DNA from: Bacillota bacterium
Lineage (GTDB): Bacteria > Bacillota > Clostridia > Christensenellales > CAG-138
Assembly: GCA_016282255.1 (NCBI GenBank)
Contig: JAEEKE010000131.1
Span: 1,671 to 65,670, forward strand
Direction: 5' to 3'
Length of the DNA: 64,000 nucleotides
Shown one piece after another: positions 49,929 to 59,377 of the stretch; position 1 is the first letter of the stretch; each line of letters starts with the position of its first letter. The notes below the pieces were generated by a model. The model worked only from the letters and a program-made list of their open reading frames with translations. It made no database searches and had not been told where the DNA came from. The position numbers were made by a program, and so were the translations under genes.

Positions 49929-50972
49929 ATGTCGTTTATCATAGAAGATTTCGGAAAACTGAACGGTACGGAACAGGTCAAAAGGATCACCCTTTCTTCG
50001 GATGCGATCGAATGCTCGTTCATCACCTACGGCGCCTGTATCCAGTCGATCAAGGTGCCTTCTAAGGATGGGCTTATTGATATCGCGCTCGGCTTCGATA
50101 CGCTTGAAGGCTACGTACATCAGGATAAATACATGGGGGCGACGGTCGGACGCTTCGCGAACAGGATCTCCGGCGCCGCGTTTACGCTGAACGGAAAGGA
50201 ATATCTGCTTGCTCCCAACGAGGGGCGAAACACGCTCCACGGCGGGCTGTGCGGCTTCGACAAGAAAAACTGGGCCATTGAGGACGCCGACGTTAATTCG
50301 GTCACATTCTTTTACATAAGCCCTGACGGCGAGGAGAGCTTTCCCGGCTCGCTTTCGGTCAGGGTACGTTATACTGTCGATGGCAATCGTCTTGCCGTCA
50401 GTTATTCCGCGGTTTCCGATCAGGATACCGTCGTAAACATAATAAACCATTCCTATCTGAACCTCAGCGGCGGAGGGGCCGTCGGCGATCATTTTGTAAG
50501 GATAGATTCCGACCTTTATCTTCCAACCGATAAGGAGAGCATACCCATCGCCGCAGCGCCTGTAGCTGGAACGCCTATGGATCTAAGACAAGTTTCTATC
50601 TTAAGCGAAAGGCTTGATTCCTCCTTCGATCAAATAAAAAAAGCGCGCGGCTTTGACCACTGCTTTATCCTTAATCCGTCGGATTTTTCGGCGTCCAAGA
50701 TCACCTGCTGTTCGGATGCATCCGGCGTCATTATGAAGCTGTTCACCGACGCGCCCGCCGTGCAGTTCTATACCGGCAACTTTTTAGAGGGCTGCCCGGC
50801 CGGCAAAGGCGGCGCCGTTTATTCCGACCGCTCCGGCCTTTGCTTTGAGACCGGAGGCTGCCCGGACTCCCCGAACAGGCCGGAGTTCCCGTCCGCGCTG
50901 CTCAAAGCGGGAGAGCGCTTTATACAGAGCACGGTCTTTGAATTCGGCCTGCTTCCCGATTCCAGGAAATGA
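49929..50972 (+). CDS. galM: Aldose 1-epimerase (galactose mutarotase)
   Basis: GRFANRI, LHGG, NHSYLNL, GFDH, QFYTGN, LCFET. Confidence 0.93.
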   Translation: MSFIIEDFGKLNGTEQVKRITLSSDAIECSFITYGACIQSIKVPSKDGLIDIALGFDTLEGYVHQDKYMGATVGRFANRISGAAFTLNGKEYLLAPNEGRNTLHGGLCGFDKKNWAIEDADVNSVTFFYISPDGEESFPGSLSVRVRYTVDGNRLAVSYSAVSDQDTVVNIINHSYLNLSGGGAVGDHFVRIDSDLYLPTDKESIPIAAAPVAGTPMDLRQVSILSERLDSSFDQIKKARGFDHCFILNPSDFSASKITCCSDASGVIMKLFTDAPAVQFYTGNFLEGCPAGKGGAVYSDRSGLCFETGGCPDSPNRPEFPSALLKAGERFIQSTVFEFGLLPDSRK

Positions 50973-51824
50973 TCAGAGCCGGATATCGCATTCCATACTG
51001 ATGACCGCATTCCCGCCGGTATAGACCTTAACGTCTTTACCGGTTTTTTCGATCCTGCTTTCTATGATGCACGGACGCGCCATATGCTCGCCCTGAAGGA
51101 AACGGTCGACGGCTTGAGGTTCGATGATCCCTTTCTCATACAGATAATAGGTCAGCGCTCCGTTCGAGGTGCCGGTCGCGCATTCCTCGGGGATCCCGTA
51201 TAAAGGAGCAAAATTGCTGCATGCGGCCGTAAAGCCCTCGCAGTCCAAGGTAAACATGTGGACGCCGACGCAGTCAAGCTCCCGGCATATGGCCGAAACC
51301 TCGCTTTCATTCTGAGACGCCCGCATCAGCGCTTCATGAGTGCTCACAGGCATAAGGATGTCCTTTAGGCCGCAGGAGGCAAGGCAGGGCGTCATCCCCG
51401 GCGCAATATCCTTCGGCTGCAAACCGTATGCCTTATAAAGCCTGTCCGTCAAGTCCTTATCCGGGTATGAAATGATAGAAGGCGCAGCCATCTCCATAAG
51501 GATGCTTTTGCTGCCTATAATGATCTCAAGCTCTCCCGCAGGGGTGAAAGCGGTGCTTCTGTCATTAACAAGTCCAAGCTCCCTGAGTACGCGAAATGCG
51601 CTGACCGTCGCGTGGCCGCAGAGCTCCACCTCGGAGACCGGAGTGAAATACCTCAGTTCAAAGCCTTCCGGTTTTTCAGTAACGAAAACCGTCTCCGAAT
51701 GCTTGAACTCGGCCGCTATCTTCTGCATCAGATCCGCCGAAAGCGCAGTATCCGGAATTACGACTCCCGCCTGATTGCCGCGGAATATCTCATCTGCAAA
51801 AGCGTCAACAACAAAGGCTCTCAT
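50973..51824 (-). CDS. PhzF-family isomerase/epimerase
   Basis: VDAF...FRGNQAGV, SETVF, ELCGHAT, EECATGTSNG; start overlaps priA stop (ATGA). Confidence 0.9.
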   Translation of the reverse strand: MRAFVVDAFADEIFRGNQAGVVIPDTALSADLMQKIAAEFKHSETVFVTEKPEGFELRYFTPVSEVELCGHATVSAFRVLRELGLVNDRSTAFTPAGELEIIIGSKSILMEMAAPSIISYPDKDLTDRLYKAYGLQPKDIAPGMTPCLASCGLKDILMPVSTHEALMRASQNESEVSAICRELDCVGVHMFTLDCEGFTAACSNFAPLYGIPEECATGTSNGALTYYLYEKGIIEPQAVDRFLQGEHMARPCIIESRIEKTGKDVKVYTGGNAVISMECDIRL

Positions 51825-54076
51825 AGCATCTCCTGTGGGTTGATCTCCACGCCCCTAAAGCACTCATCATTGAATGAATCGGAATACCTGTAGACCGCGT
51901 TAATTGCTTCGGCCGTGTGAGCGGTCCTGGCAAGCTTGATGATGACGGCATATCTGTATTCGTTATCACGCCGCCTTATAGGCGCAGCGCCGGGCATGAC
52001 GAGTATCAGCTCGCCCTCCGCCTGAAACGCTTTTAGGCAGCTTAGCAGCGCGTCCGTGACGCCCTTTGAAAAGCGCTCCGAGGCGTCCGCAGCGGCGAAT
52101 TCATCGGGAGAAGTGAACATCGCTCTTATAAAGACCGCGAAGGGCGGGAAGAGCGTATGCATCCGGTCCTCTATCTCGAATTTATAAAACGTTTTGTAAT
52201 CGTGATTCTTCGACAGCGCGATGGCCCTGTGGTTCGGGGCGTTGGTTTGGATGACCACCGTGCCCTCTTTGTCGGCGCGTCCCGCACGGCCCGCGACCTG
52301 CGTAAGCAGCTGAAAGGTCCTTTCGCTGCTCCTGTAATCCGAATGGAAGAGCGTTGAATCGGCAAACACCACGCCGACTAGCGTTACGTTTGGGATATCG
52401 AGGCCCTTCGCCACCATCTGCGTACCTATCAGCACGTCCGCATCGCCCGCGGAGAAAGCGTCGAGGATATCTCTGTGCGCGTTCTTATGGGTCGTGGTGT
52501 CGGTATCCATGCGAAGGCAGCGTATCTCGGGGAAGAGCTTAATTAGCTGCTCCTCTACCTGCTGAGTGCCGATGCCTGAATACTTGATGAACGGGCTTCC
52601 GCACGCAGGGCAGCGGTCGGGCATATCGTATCTTGCGCCGCAGTAATGGCATCTGACCGAGTTATCGAACTTGTGATAGGTCATGGAAACGTCGCAGTTC
52701 GGGCAGGTGAGCACGAAGCCGCAGGCCTTGCACTCGGCATGCGAAGAATAACCGCGGCGATTAAGGAAAAGGATCGCCTGCTCGTGCCTTTCAAGGCATT
52801 TTTTAAGCTTTTCGGTCAAGACCGAAGAGAAAACGCTGTTATTGCCCGAAAGGAACTCCTGCCTCATATCCACTATCTCAACGCTTGGAAGAGGAACGCC
52901 GTTTATCCTCTCCGGCATTTCAAGCAGCTGATAGCGGCCGCGCTTCGCCCTGTAATAGCTCGTAAGCGAAGGCGTGGCGCTGCCGAGCACCAGCCTTGCG
53001 CCCGTTAAGGCGGCCCTTCTTTGAGCGACCTCGATCGCGGAGTATTTGGGGGTGATCTCCGATTGATAGCTCGGTTCATGCTCCTCGTCGATTATGATCA
53101 GCATCAGCTTTTCAACGGGCGCAAAAACGGCGGATCGTGCGCCGACTACGACGCGCGCCTTGCCGAAGCGTATACGCCGCCATTCGTCAAAGCGCTCGCC
53201 GTCCGAAAGATGACTGTGCAGAACGGCCACATTGTCCCCGAAACGGCTTCTGAAGCGGTCGGTGGTCTGCGGCGTCAGCGATATCTCCGGGACCAATACG
53301 ACGGCGCCTCCGCCGTTTGAAAGCACGTCAGCGATCGCCTGCATATATACCTCGGTTTTTCCGCTTCCTGTAACGCCGTGAAGGAGCAGTACGCTGCCGG
53401 GAGCCGCCGAAATTATGCTGTTGAGCGCTTTTTGCTGCTCGGGTATCAGGGGGAGCGGGGAAGAGGGCTCGGGATCCGAACCGGTAAACGGGTCCCTGTA
53501 ATACTCCCGGTCGGTTTCGATCAATATCCCTTTTTTGATCAGTGCGGCAACAGCGCTTGAGGCATTTGGAATAAACGCGTTTATATCGGCGGCGGAGTAT
53601 TCGGCGCCGGGAGCGTTCAAAAGGTCGAATACCTCAAGCTGCTTCGGCGCTTTGGGACTGCCGTCCGGCTTTAGAAGACTTGCTCTGAGCGCATCTGGAT
53701 CCGCGGAATCAGTAAGCCGGAGCGTGCGTATGTGCTTTTCCTTAACCTGCGATCCGCGCAGCTTCGCCGGTATCATAACGCGCAGAGCGTCCGCCTTGGT
53801 GCAGTGATAGGCCCTGGTGATCCAGTCGGAAAGCCGGAGCTGATCCTCGAGCAGAACTGTATAGGGCTCGAGCAAGCGGATAATGCTTTTGAGCTCCCGG
53901 TCCGTATTCGCCGAATCGCTTACGGACATAACAAAACCCTCGATCGGCTTGTTGCCGCGCCCGAAGGGCACGAGTACACGCTGACCGGGGGAGATGCTGA
54001 GTTCATCCGGCACTTCATAGGTGAACAGCTTGTCTACATTGGAATTGGAAATATCTACAATGACCTTTGCAAACAT
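51821..54076 (-). CDS. priA: Primosomal protein N' (PriA)
   Basis: HGVTGSGKTEVY, DEEHE, LNRRGY, four CxxC pairs, QVAGRAGR. Confidence 0.97.
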   Translation of the reverse strand: MFAKVIVDISNSNVDKLFTYEVPDELSISPGQRVLVPFGRGNKPIEGFVMSVSDSANTDRELKSIIRLLEPYTVLLEDQLRLSDWITRAYHCTKADALRVMIPAKLRGSQVKEKHIRTLRLTDSADPDALRASLLKPDGSPKAPKQLEVFDLLNAPGAEYSAADINAFIPNASSAVAALIKKGILIETDREYYRDPFTGSDPEPSSPLPLIPEQQKALNSIISAAPGSVLLLHGVTGSGKTEVYMQAIADVLSNGGGAVVLVPEISLTPQTTDRFRSRFGDNVAVLHSHLSDGERFDEWRRIRFGKARVVVGARSAVFAPVEKLMLIIIDEEHEPSYQSEITPKYSAIEVAQRRAALTGARLVLGSATPSLTSYYRAKRGRYQLLEMPERINGVPLPSVEIVDMRQEFLSGNNSVFSSVLTEKLKKCLERHEQAILFLNRRGYSSHAECKACGFVLTCPNCDVSMTYHKFDNSVRCHYCGARYDMPDRCPACGSPFIKYSGIGTQQVEEQLIKLFPEIRCLRMDTDTTTHKNAHRDILDAFSAGDADVLIGTQMVAKGLDIPNVTLVGVVFADSTLFHSDYRSSERTFQLLTQVAGRAGRADKEGTVVIQTNAPNHRAIALSKNHDYKTFYKFEIEDRMHTLFPPFAVFIRAMFTSPDEFAAADASERFSKGVTDALLSCLKAFQAEGELILVMPGAAPIRRRDNEYRYAVIIKLARTAHTAEAINAVYRYSDSFNDECFRGVEINPQEML

Positions 54077-54109
54077 AGCCTGCACCAATAAAGCGGTTTT
54101 GTTGTACGG

Positions 54110-54328
54110 TTATTTCTCCGAAGTGGAAAGATATTCGCTGGGGAACTTGACCTCGAGCTCGTCGTTATAGAGCTCGTCGATCGCCTGCGCAACGGGCTTG
54201 AGCTCGTGGGGCTCCTTGTTGAGCATGATCTGGCGCGCGCGCTTTGCAACGGTCGTAACGAGCATATAGCGGCAGCCCGCCTTGCTCTCAAGCTCGAAAA
54301 CGGGGGGATGGTTCATTTGACGCTTCAT
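54110..54328 (-). CDS. rpoZ: RNA polymerase omega subunit
   Basis: RYMLVTTVAKRARQI, KPVAQAIDE; follows gmk. Confidence 0.92.
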   Translation of the reverse strand: MKRQMNHPPVFELESKAGCRYMLVTTVAKRARQIMLNKEPHELKPVAQAIDELYNDELEVKFPSEYLSTSEK

Positions 54329-54357
54329 TTTATGCCTCCTGAAAGGGATTGCTTTTA

Positions 54358-54990
54358 TTATTCAGCCTCTTCGGCTTCGTTTAAACAGTTATAAACGGCG
54401 GATTTATATCTATCCGAAGAAAGCTCCGCCGCGCGGATGACCGCTTCAACGTCTTCTATCGCTTTATTGAGGTCATCGTTGACCACTACATAGTCATAGT
54501 TTTTAACGTAGGTGAATTCGGTCTTGGCCTGGGCAAAGCGCTTGTTTACCGCTTCGATCGTCTCGGTGCCCCTGCCGATGAGGCGGCGATAGAGCTCCTC
54601 ATTCGAGGGCGGCGCAAGGAAGATGAGGACCGCGTCGGGATAATTCTTTTTGACTACCATGGCGCCCTGAACGTCGATATCGAGGAGCACGTCCATGCCT
54701 TCCTCAAGCTTCTGCTCCACAAAAGCGCGGGGAGTGCCGTAATAGTTTTGATTAAAGACCTGCATGTATTCAAGAAATTCGTTGTTTCGGATCATCTCCT
54801 CGAACTCTTCGCGGGTCTTGTAGAAATAATTGACGCCCTCTGCCTCGCCGTCGCGGATAGCACGCGTCGTCGCCGAAACGGAGAAACACATATCTTCATG
54901 CGAATTGAGCAGGAAATTGCCGATAGTTCCCTTGCCCACGCCGGAGGGGCCGGAAAGCACGATGAGGGAACCTCTTTTCTTAATGTCCAT
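54358..54990 (-). CDS. gmk: Guanylate kinase
   Basis: SGPSGVGKGT, SATTR, YYGT, DIDVQG, RGTE. Confidence 0.97.
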   Translation of the reverse strand: MDIKKRGSLIVLSGPSGVGKGTIGNFLLNSHEDMCFSVSATTRAIRDGEAEGVNYFYKTREEFEEMIRNNEFLEYMQVFNQNYYGTPRAFVEQKLEEGMDVLLDIDVQGAMVVKKNYPDAVLIFLAPPSNEELYRRLIGRGTETIEAVNKRFAQAKTEFTYVKNYDYVVVNDDLNKAIEDVEAVIRAAELSSDRYKSAVYNCLNEAEEAE

Positions 54991-55020
54991 TTTAAACCTC
55001 CGGGATCAATTAAATACGGG

Positions 55021-55899
55021 TTATTCTATGTTCTGGACCTGCTCGCGGATCTTTTCGATCTCGGCCTTGCCGTCGATAACGAGCTTGGCTATCGCGTCGT
55101 CGTTCGCCTTGGAGCCGATGGTGTTGAACTCGCGGTTCATCTCCTGCACGAGGAAATCGAGCTTTCTGCCCACGGCCTCGTCGCTCTCAAGCATCTGACG
55201 CATGGATTTGAAGTGGCTCAGGAGCCTCACCAGCTCCTCATCGATATTCGCCTTATCGGCAAACAACGCGATCTCCGTCGCGAGCCTCGCTCTGTCGACC
55301 TCGACCTCGGAGAGCAGGGAAGCGATCCTTAAATCGAGCTTCTGTCGGTAATCGTCAACGACGATCGGGGCGCGCTCTGCTATACGGTCGCGAAGGGAAG
55401 CGAGCTTATCGACCCTTGAGATAAGGTCCTGCGCGATGTTCTCGCCCTCACGCATACGCATGGCGATCAATTCGTCGGCCGCCCTGCAGCAGGCTTCGGT
55501 CATTAGGGCTTTGAGCGCGTCGGTGTCCTCGTCATTCTCGGTAACCGTCAGTACGTCCTGAAAATGCAGCGCCTTAGTGGCCGTAAGGTCGCAGCCAAGC
55601 TCATACTCCGAAGCTGCGGTTCTGACTGCTTTGATATAGGCGTCGAGCAGCGCTTTATCGACGGTAAGGGTCTTCGCGTCCGTTCTGGTATTCCTGTAAT
55701 ACGCGTACACGTCTATATGCCCGCGGGAAAGCTTTTGAGAAAGGACTTTCCGCACCGTGTCCTCAAGGAAGGAGAGCGAACGGGGCATTTTAAACGAAAG
55801 ATCAAGGAAACGGTGATTGACCGACTTAAGCTCAAGCGTCAGCTCGCGGCCGTCGGCGGCACAGGTGACGCGTCCGAATCCCGTCATGCTGCGGACCAT
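55021..55899 (-). CDS. yloC: YicC/YloC family endoribonuclease
   Basis: SMTGFG, SVNHRFLD, GRKLDFLVQEMNREFNTIGSK, REQVQNIE. Confidence 0.95.
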   Translation of the reverse strand: MVRSMTGFGRVTCAADGRELTLELKSVNHRFLDLSFKMPRSLSFLEDTVRKVLSQKLSRGHIDVYAYYRNTRTDAKTLTVDKALLDAYIKAVRTAASEYELGCDLTATKALHFQDVLTVTENDEDTDALKALMTEACCRAADELIAMRMREGENIAQDLISRVDKLASLRDRIAERAPIVVDDYRQKLDLRIASLLSEVEVDRARLATEIALFADKANIDEELVRLLSHFKSMRQMLESDEAVGRKLDFLVQEMNREFNTIGSKANDDAIAKLVIDGKAEIEKIREQVQNIE

Positions 55900-55985
55900 A
55901 CTCAGTTCCTCCGCTGATAGTACATATTTAATTTATTATAGCACATTCCGCCGTGAAAAGAAACCCCAATTTTACATAAAACAGT

Positions 55986-56018
55986 ATAAAAAGAGTCGGC
56001 TTTCCTAAGAAAGCCGAC
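55986..56018 (-). terminator. Intrinsic terminator of the serpin gene
   Basis: GTCGGCTTTC / GAAAGCCGAC stem followed by TCTTTTT on the minus strand. Confidence 0.75.
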
Positions 56019-56038
56019 CGTGTATCTATGGTCTGTTA

Positions 56039-57370
56039 TCAGTTTGCGGGAACGTCGTTGACGGTGGAAGCGAACAGCACCGATCCGGAGGAGTGCATAA
56101 TCAGCATTGCATACGGCCTGTCGCACACCATGGTGTATTCGCCAAGGCCGACGGGTGCTGCGTTCTTCGTGCCGGTAACGCCGGTTGCGGCCGCAGCTTC
56201 GGTGCCGAATTCGGTGACTTTCAGCACCGCCGCGTGCACGAACTGCGTCAGGAATACGGTCCCGTTCTCAATGATGCCGGGGAACAAAGTGGTGCCGTTG
56301 GCAATACCCTCAAGCCCGAGCTTTGCAAGCAGCGGCATCGCGTCGAACTTGGAGGAAACGCTGACCTGCGGCATCATGATCGACACCATGGCCGACTGCG
56401 CGGTATCGAGCTTATCGATAACTTCGCCCATCGCCTCTGCGGGGGAGGTGCTCTTCTCGGGCAGTATGAGCGCCATATAGTAGTCGCCGCCCTTATACGG
56501 GATCAGAACGAATTGATTGCCGTTTACGTTTCCGTAGCGGTAATCCGAATAGCTTGAAAGCATGGTCACAGCGCTGTCGCCGTTTACACCGTGAAAGATC
56601 GAAGTATCCTTGAAGGCGGTGAAAGGTTTCTGCCATTCCGAATTGAAATACAGAGCGTTGACAAGCGCCATCACCGTATCACCGGCTATATCGTCGAACA
56701 GCTCCGGGATCAGTCCTTCGGTATTCTCGCTGACCCACCCGTTTATAAGGCGCAGGGCTTCTTCGGTGTTTCTGAAATCGACCTCGCCGATCGAAGCGTT
56801 ATAGTAATCGGCGGCATCGTGTTCAAAGGATTCGAGGAAGCGGTCGCCCGCGCCGACCAGTATGGTGCTAAGCAGCTTTACCTTGGAGATCGGTTCGGTC
56901 GCTTTGCCGCTTTGATCCGTGGCCTTTGAGGTCAGATTCTGAACGGATTTGTTGAGCGCGTTGATGAGCTTAGCGGCGTTTTCATTGGTCTCTTCAAGCC
57001 CGAGCTCGGTCATGAGCGCCGAAAGGATGGTACTCGAAGTCTCTTCATCCGCGCCGTTTGCGAGCAGCTCGAGCATCAGTGCAAAGGACAGCGGCGAAAC
57101 GACACCGGTCCAGTCTTCGCCCATATTCTTTACGAGTTCGACGGAGAAAGCGTTCAGCGAGTAAATATAGGCCTTCTCCACGTCGCCCTTATTGATCATG
57201 CCGGTACCCTGTGCAAGATGGATAGTGCCGGCATTACCGCTCTGGCCGTTGTCCGGCGCGGGCGTTGTGTTCGTATCGCCGGCGGGTTTAACGCAGGCTG
57301 TGACAGCGCACGAAAGCATTACGATCGCAAGGATCATGGATATGGTTTTGATCAGCTTTTTGCTTTTCAT
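56039..57370 (-). CDS. Serpin family lipoprotein (serine protease inhibitor)
   Basis: Lipobox VTAC; VSPLS, INGWVSENTEGLI, LVNALYF..EW..PF, hinge EFGTEAAAAT, DRPY...LF. Confidence 0.92.
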   Translation of the reverse strand: MKSKKLIKTISMILAIVMLSCAVTACVKPAGDTNTTPAPDNGQSGNAGTIHLAQGTGMINKGDVEKAYIYSLNAFSVELVKNMGEDWTGVVSPLSFALMLELLANGADEETSSTILSALMTELGLEETNENAAKLINALNKSVQNLTSKATDQSGKATEPISKVKLLSTILVGAGDRFLESFEHDAADYYNASIGEVDFRNTEEALRLINGWVSENTEGLIPELFDDIAGDTVMALVNALYFNSEWQKPFTAFKDTSIFHGVNGDSAVTMLSSYSDYRYGNVNGNQFVLIPYKGGDYYMALILPEKSTSPAEAMGEVIDKLDTAQSAMVSIMMPQVSVSSKFDAMPLLAKLGLEGIANGTTLFPGIIENGTVFLTQFVHAAVLKVTEFGTEAAAATGVTGTKNAAPVGLGEYTMVCDRPYAMLIMHSSGSVLFASTVNDVPAN

Positions 57371-57458
57371 ATGAATACTCCTAACTGCTTCTTTATTCTT
57401 CTTATCGCCGAAAACTGAAATCGTTTTCATTTATACAACGATTTAAACGCTCAAACGG

Positions 57459-57487
57459 TTCACTTTTTACCGTAAATCGATTATAAT
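57459..57487 (+). promoter_or_regulatory. SigA promoter of uvrC, probably leaderless
   Basis: TTCACT-17 nt-TATAAT ending 6 nt before ATG 57494; no Shine-Dalgarno. Confidence 0.6.
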
Positions 57488-57493
57488 ATAAAT

Positions 57494-59377
57494 ATGGACC
57501 GAAGGATAGAGGAAAAATTGAAGCTACTGCCGGACAAGCCGGGCGTTTACAAGATGTACAACGAACGGCACGAGCTGATCTACGTCGGAAAAGCCGTCAG
57601 CCTTAAAAACAGGGTCAGGCAGTATTTTCAGTCATCGCGGAATCACACCGAGAAGGTCCGCGCGATGGTCGCCAATATCGCCGACTTCGATTTTGTCATA
57701 GTCGGCAACGAAACGGAAGCGCTTAATCTTGAGTGCAACCTTATTAAGCAGAATCAGCCGTATTACAACATACTGCTCAAGGACGACAAGCATTTTCCCT
57801 ATATCCGCATAGATATGCGGCAGGATTTCCCGAGGGTAGAGATCGTCAGGCGCTTTCGGAAGGACGGGGCAAAGTATTTCGGGCCCTATCTCAGCGCATC
57901 CGCCCTGCGAGAGACTATCACCGCGGTCCGCGATAATTTCCCGGTCCGTCAATGCAAGAACGATATCTCGAAGATGATCCTGAAGCATGAAAGGCCCTGC
58001 CTTTTGTACCACATCGGCAAATGCTGCGGGCCCTGCACGGGCAGCGTTTCAAAAGAGGAGTATCACGAACTCATCAATGAGATCTCTGCGCTGTTCCAGG
58101 GAAACGGCAAGCCCTATATCGGGAAGCTGACGGAGCAGATGCTCGAAGAATCCTCAAAGATGAACTTCGAGAAGGCGGCCAAGCTGCGCGATATGATAAG
58201 GGCGATAGAAAGCGTATGCGCAAGGCAGAACGCTTCGTTTGCAAGCGACAGGAGCTACGACGTCTTTGCGCTTGCAAGGGACGAGCTGCAAACGCTGGTT
58301 TACGGCCTATTCGTGCGCGGAGGCAGCGTCATCAAAGCCGAAAGCTTCAAGCTCGATGCCATGGACGAGCCGTTCTCCGAGGTCATCTCGCAGTTCCTGA
58401 TGCAGTTCTATATCGATTCGGGCAGCATTCCCGGCGAGATCTGCATAATGAACGAGGCAGATGAGCGCGCTGAGATAGAGAAGCTGCTTTCCGAACAGAG
58501 CGGCCATGCCGTTCATATCCATGTGCCCCTGCGCGGAGACAAGCTCTCACAGGGCAAGCTTGCACAGCTTAACGCCGAGCAGACGCTTGCGCGCAACCGC
58601 GAGCTCGCTCACCGCGAGTGGGAGCGCACCGAGGGCGCTCTTGCGGAGCTCACGAATGCGATCGGGATGGACTTCCTGCCTCACCGGATGGAATGCTTCG
58701 ACAATTCGCACACACAGGGACGCGACGCGGTCGGCTCGATGGTTGTCTTTATCGACGGTAAGCCCGAGAAATCGCTTTACAGGCGCTTCCGAACCAAGCA
58801 GGACGTCAACGGGGACGACTATCTCGCCATGCGCGAGCACCTTCAGCGCAGGTTCGAGCGGACGCTTTCGGGCGACGAAAAGTTTGCCGAGCTGCCGGAC
58901 CTTTTGGTCGTTGACGGCGGAAGAGGGCAGCTGAACGTTGCGCTCGAAGTGCTTGAAGGACTTGGCCTTGGGCATATAAACGCTATAGGTCTTGCCGAAA
59001 GGAATGAGGAGATAATCCTTCCCGGCAGGGAGGATCCCCTCGTTCTTGAGAGAAGCAATCCCGCGCTGCAGCTGCTGCAGCGGATAAGGGACGAAGCGCA
59101 CCGATTCGCGATCACCTATCACAGGAGCCTAAGGGCAAAGAGCTCCCTTTATTCACGGCTCTCCGAGATCAGCGGAATAGGCGACGCCAGAAAGCGGGCG
59201 CTTTATGAACATTTTCTTACCATCGACGCGATATCGAACGCGTCCGTTGAACAGCTCAGAGATGTCCCCGGAATGAATATTACGGCAGCAAGAAGCGTGC
59301 ACGCATATTTTCATCCGGAGATCGATACCACACCGACCGATTCGGATAACCCTCATTCAGCTGCGGAGGAACGATGA
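57494..59377 (+). CDS. uvrC: Excinuclease ABC subunit C
   Basis: GIY-YIG (PGVY...IYVGKA..LKNRV), FDNSH, DGGRGQ, RDEAHRFA, C-terminal HhH. Confidence 0.98.
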   Translation: MDRRIEEKLKLLPDKPGVYKMYNERHELIYVGKAVSLKNRVRQYFQSSRNHTEKVRAMVANIADFDFVIVGNETEALNLECNLIKQNQPYYNILLKDDKHFPYIRIDMRQDFPRVEIVRRFRKDGAKYFGPYLSASALRETITAVRDNFPVRQCKNDISKMILKHERPCLLYHIGKCCGPCTGSVSKEEYHELINEISALFQGNGKPYIGKLTEQMLEESSKMNFEKAAKLRDMIRAIESVCARQNASFASDRSYDVFALARDELQTLVYGLFVRGGSVIKAESFKLDAMDEPFSEVISQFLMQFYIDSGSIPGEICIMNEADERAEIEKLLSEQSGHAVHIHVPLRGDKLSQGKLAQLNAEQTLARNRELAHREWERTEGALAELTNAIGMDFLPHRMECFDNSHTQGRDAVGSMVVFIDGKPEKSLYRRFRTKQDVNGDDYLAMREHLQRRFERTLSGDEKFAELPDLLVVDGGRGQLNVALEVLEGLGLGHINAIGLAERNEEIILPGREDPLVLERSNPALQLLQRIRDEAHRFAITYHRSLRAKSSLYSRLSEISGIGDARKRALYEHFLTIDAISNASVEQLRDVPGMNITAARSVHAYFHPEIDTTPTDSDNPHSAAEER

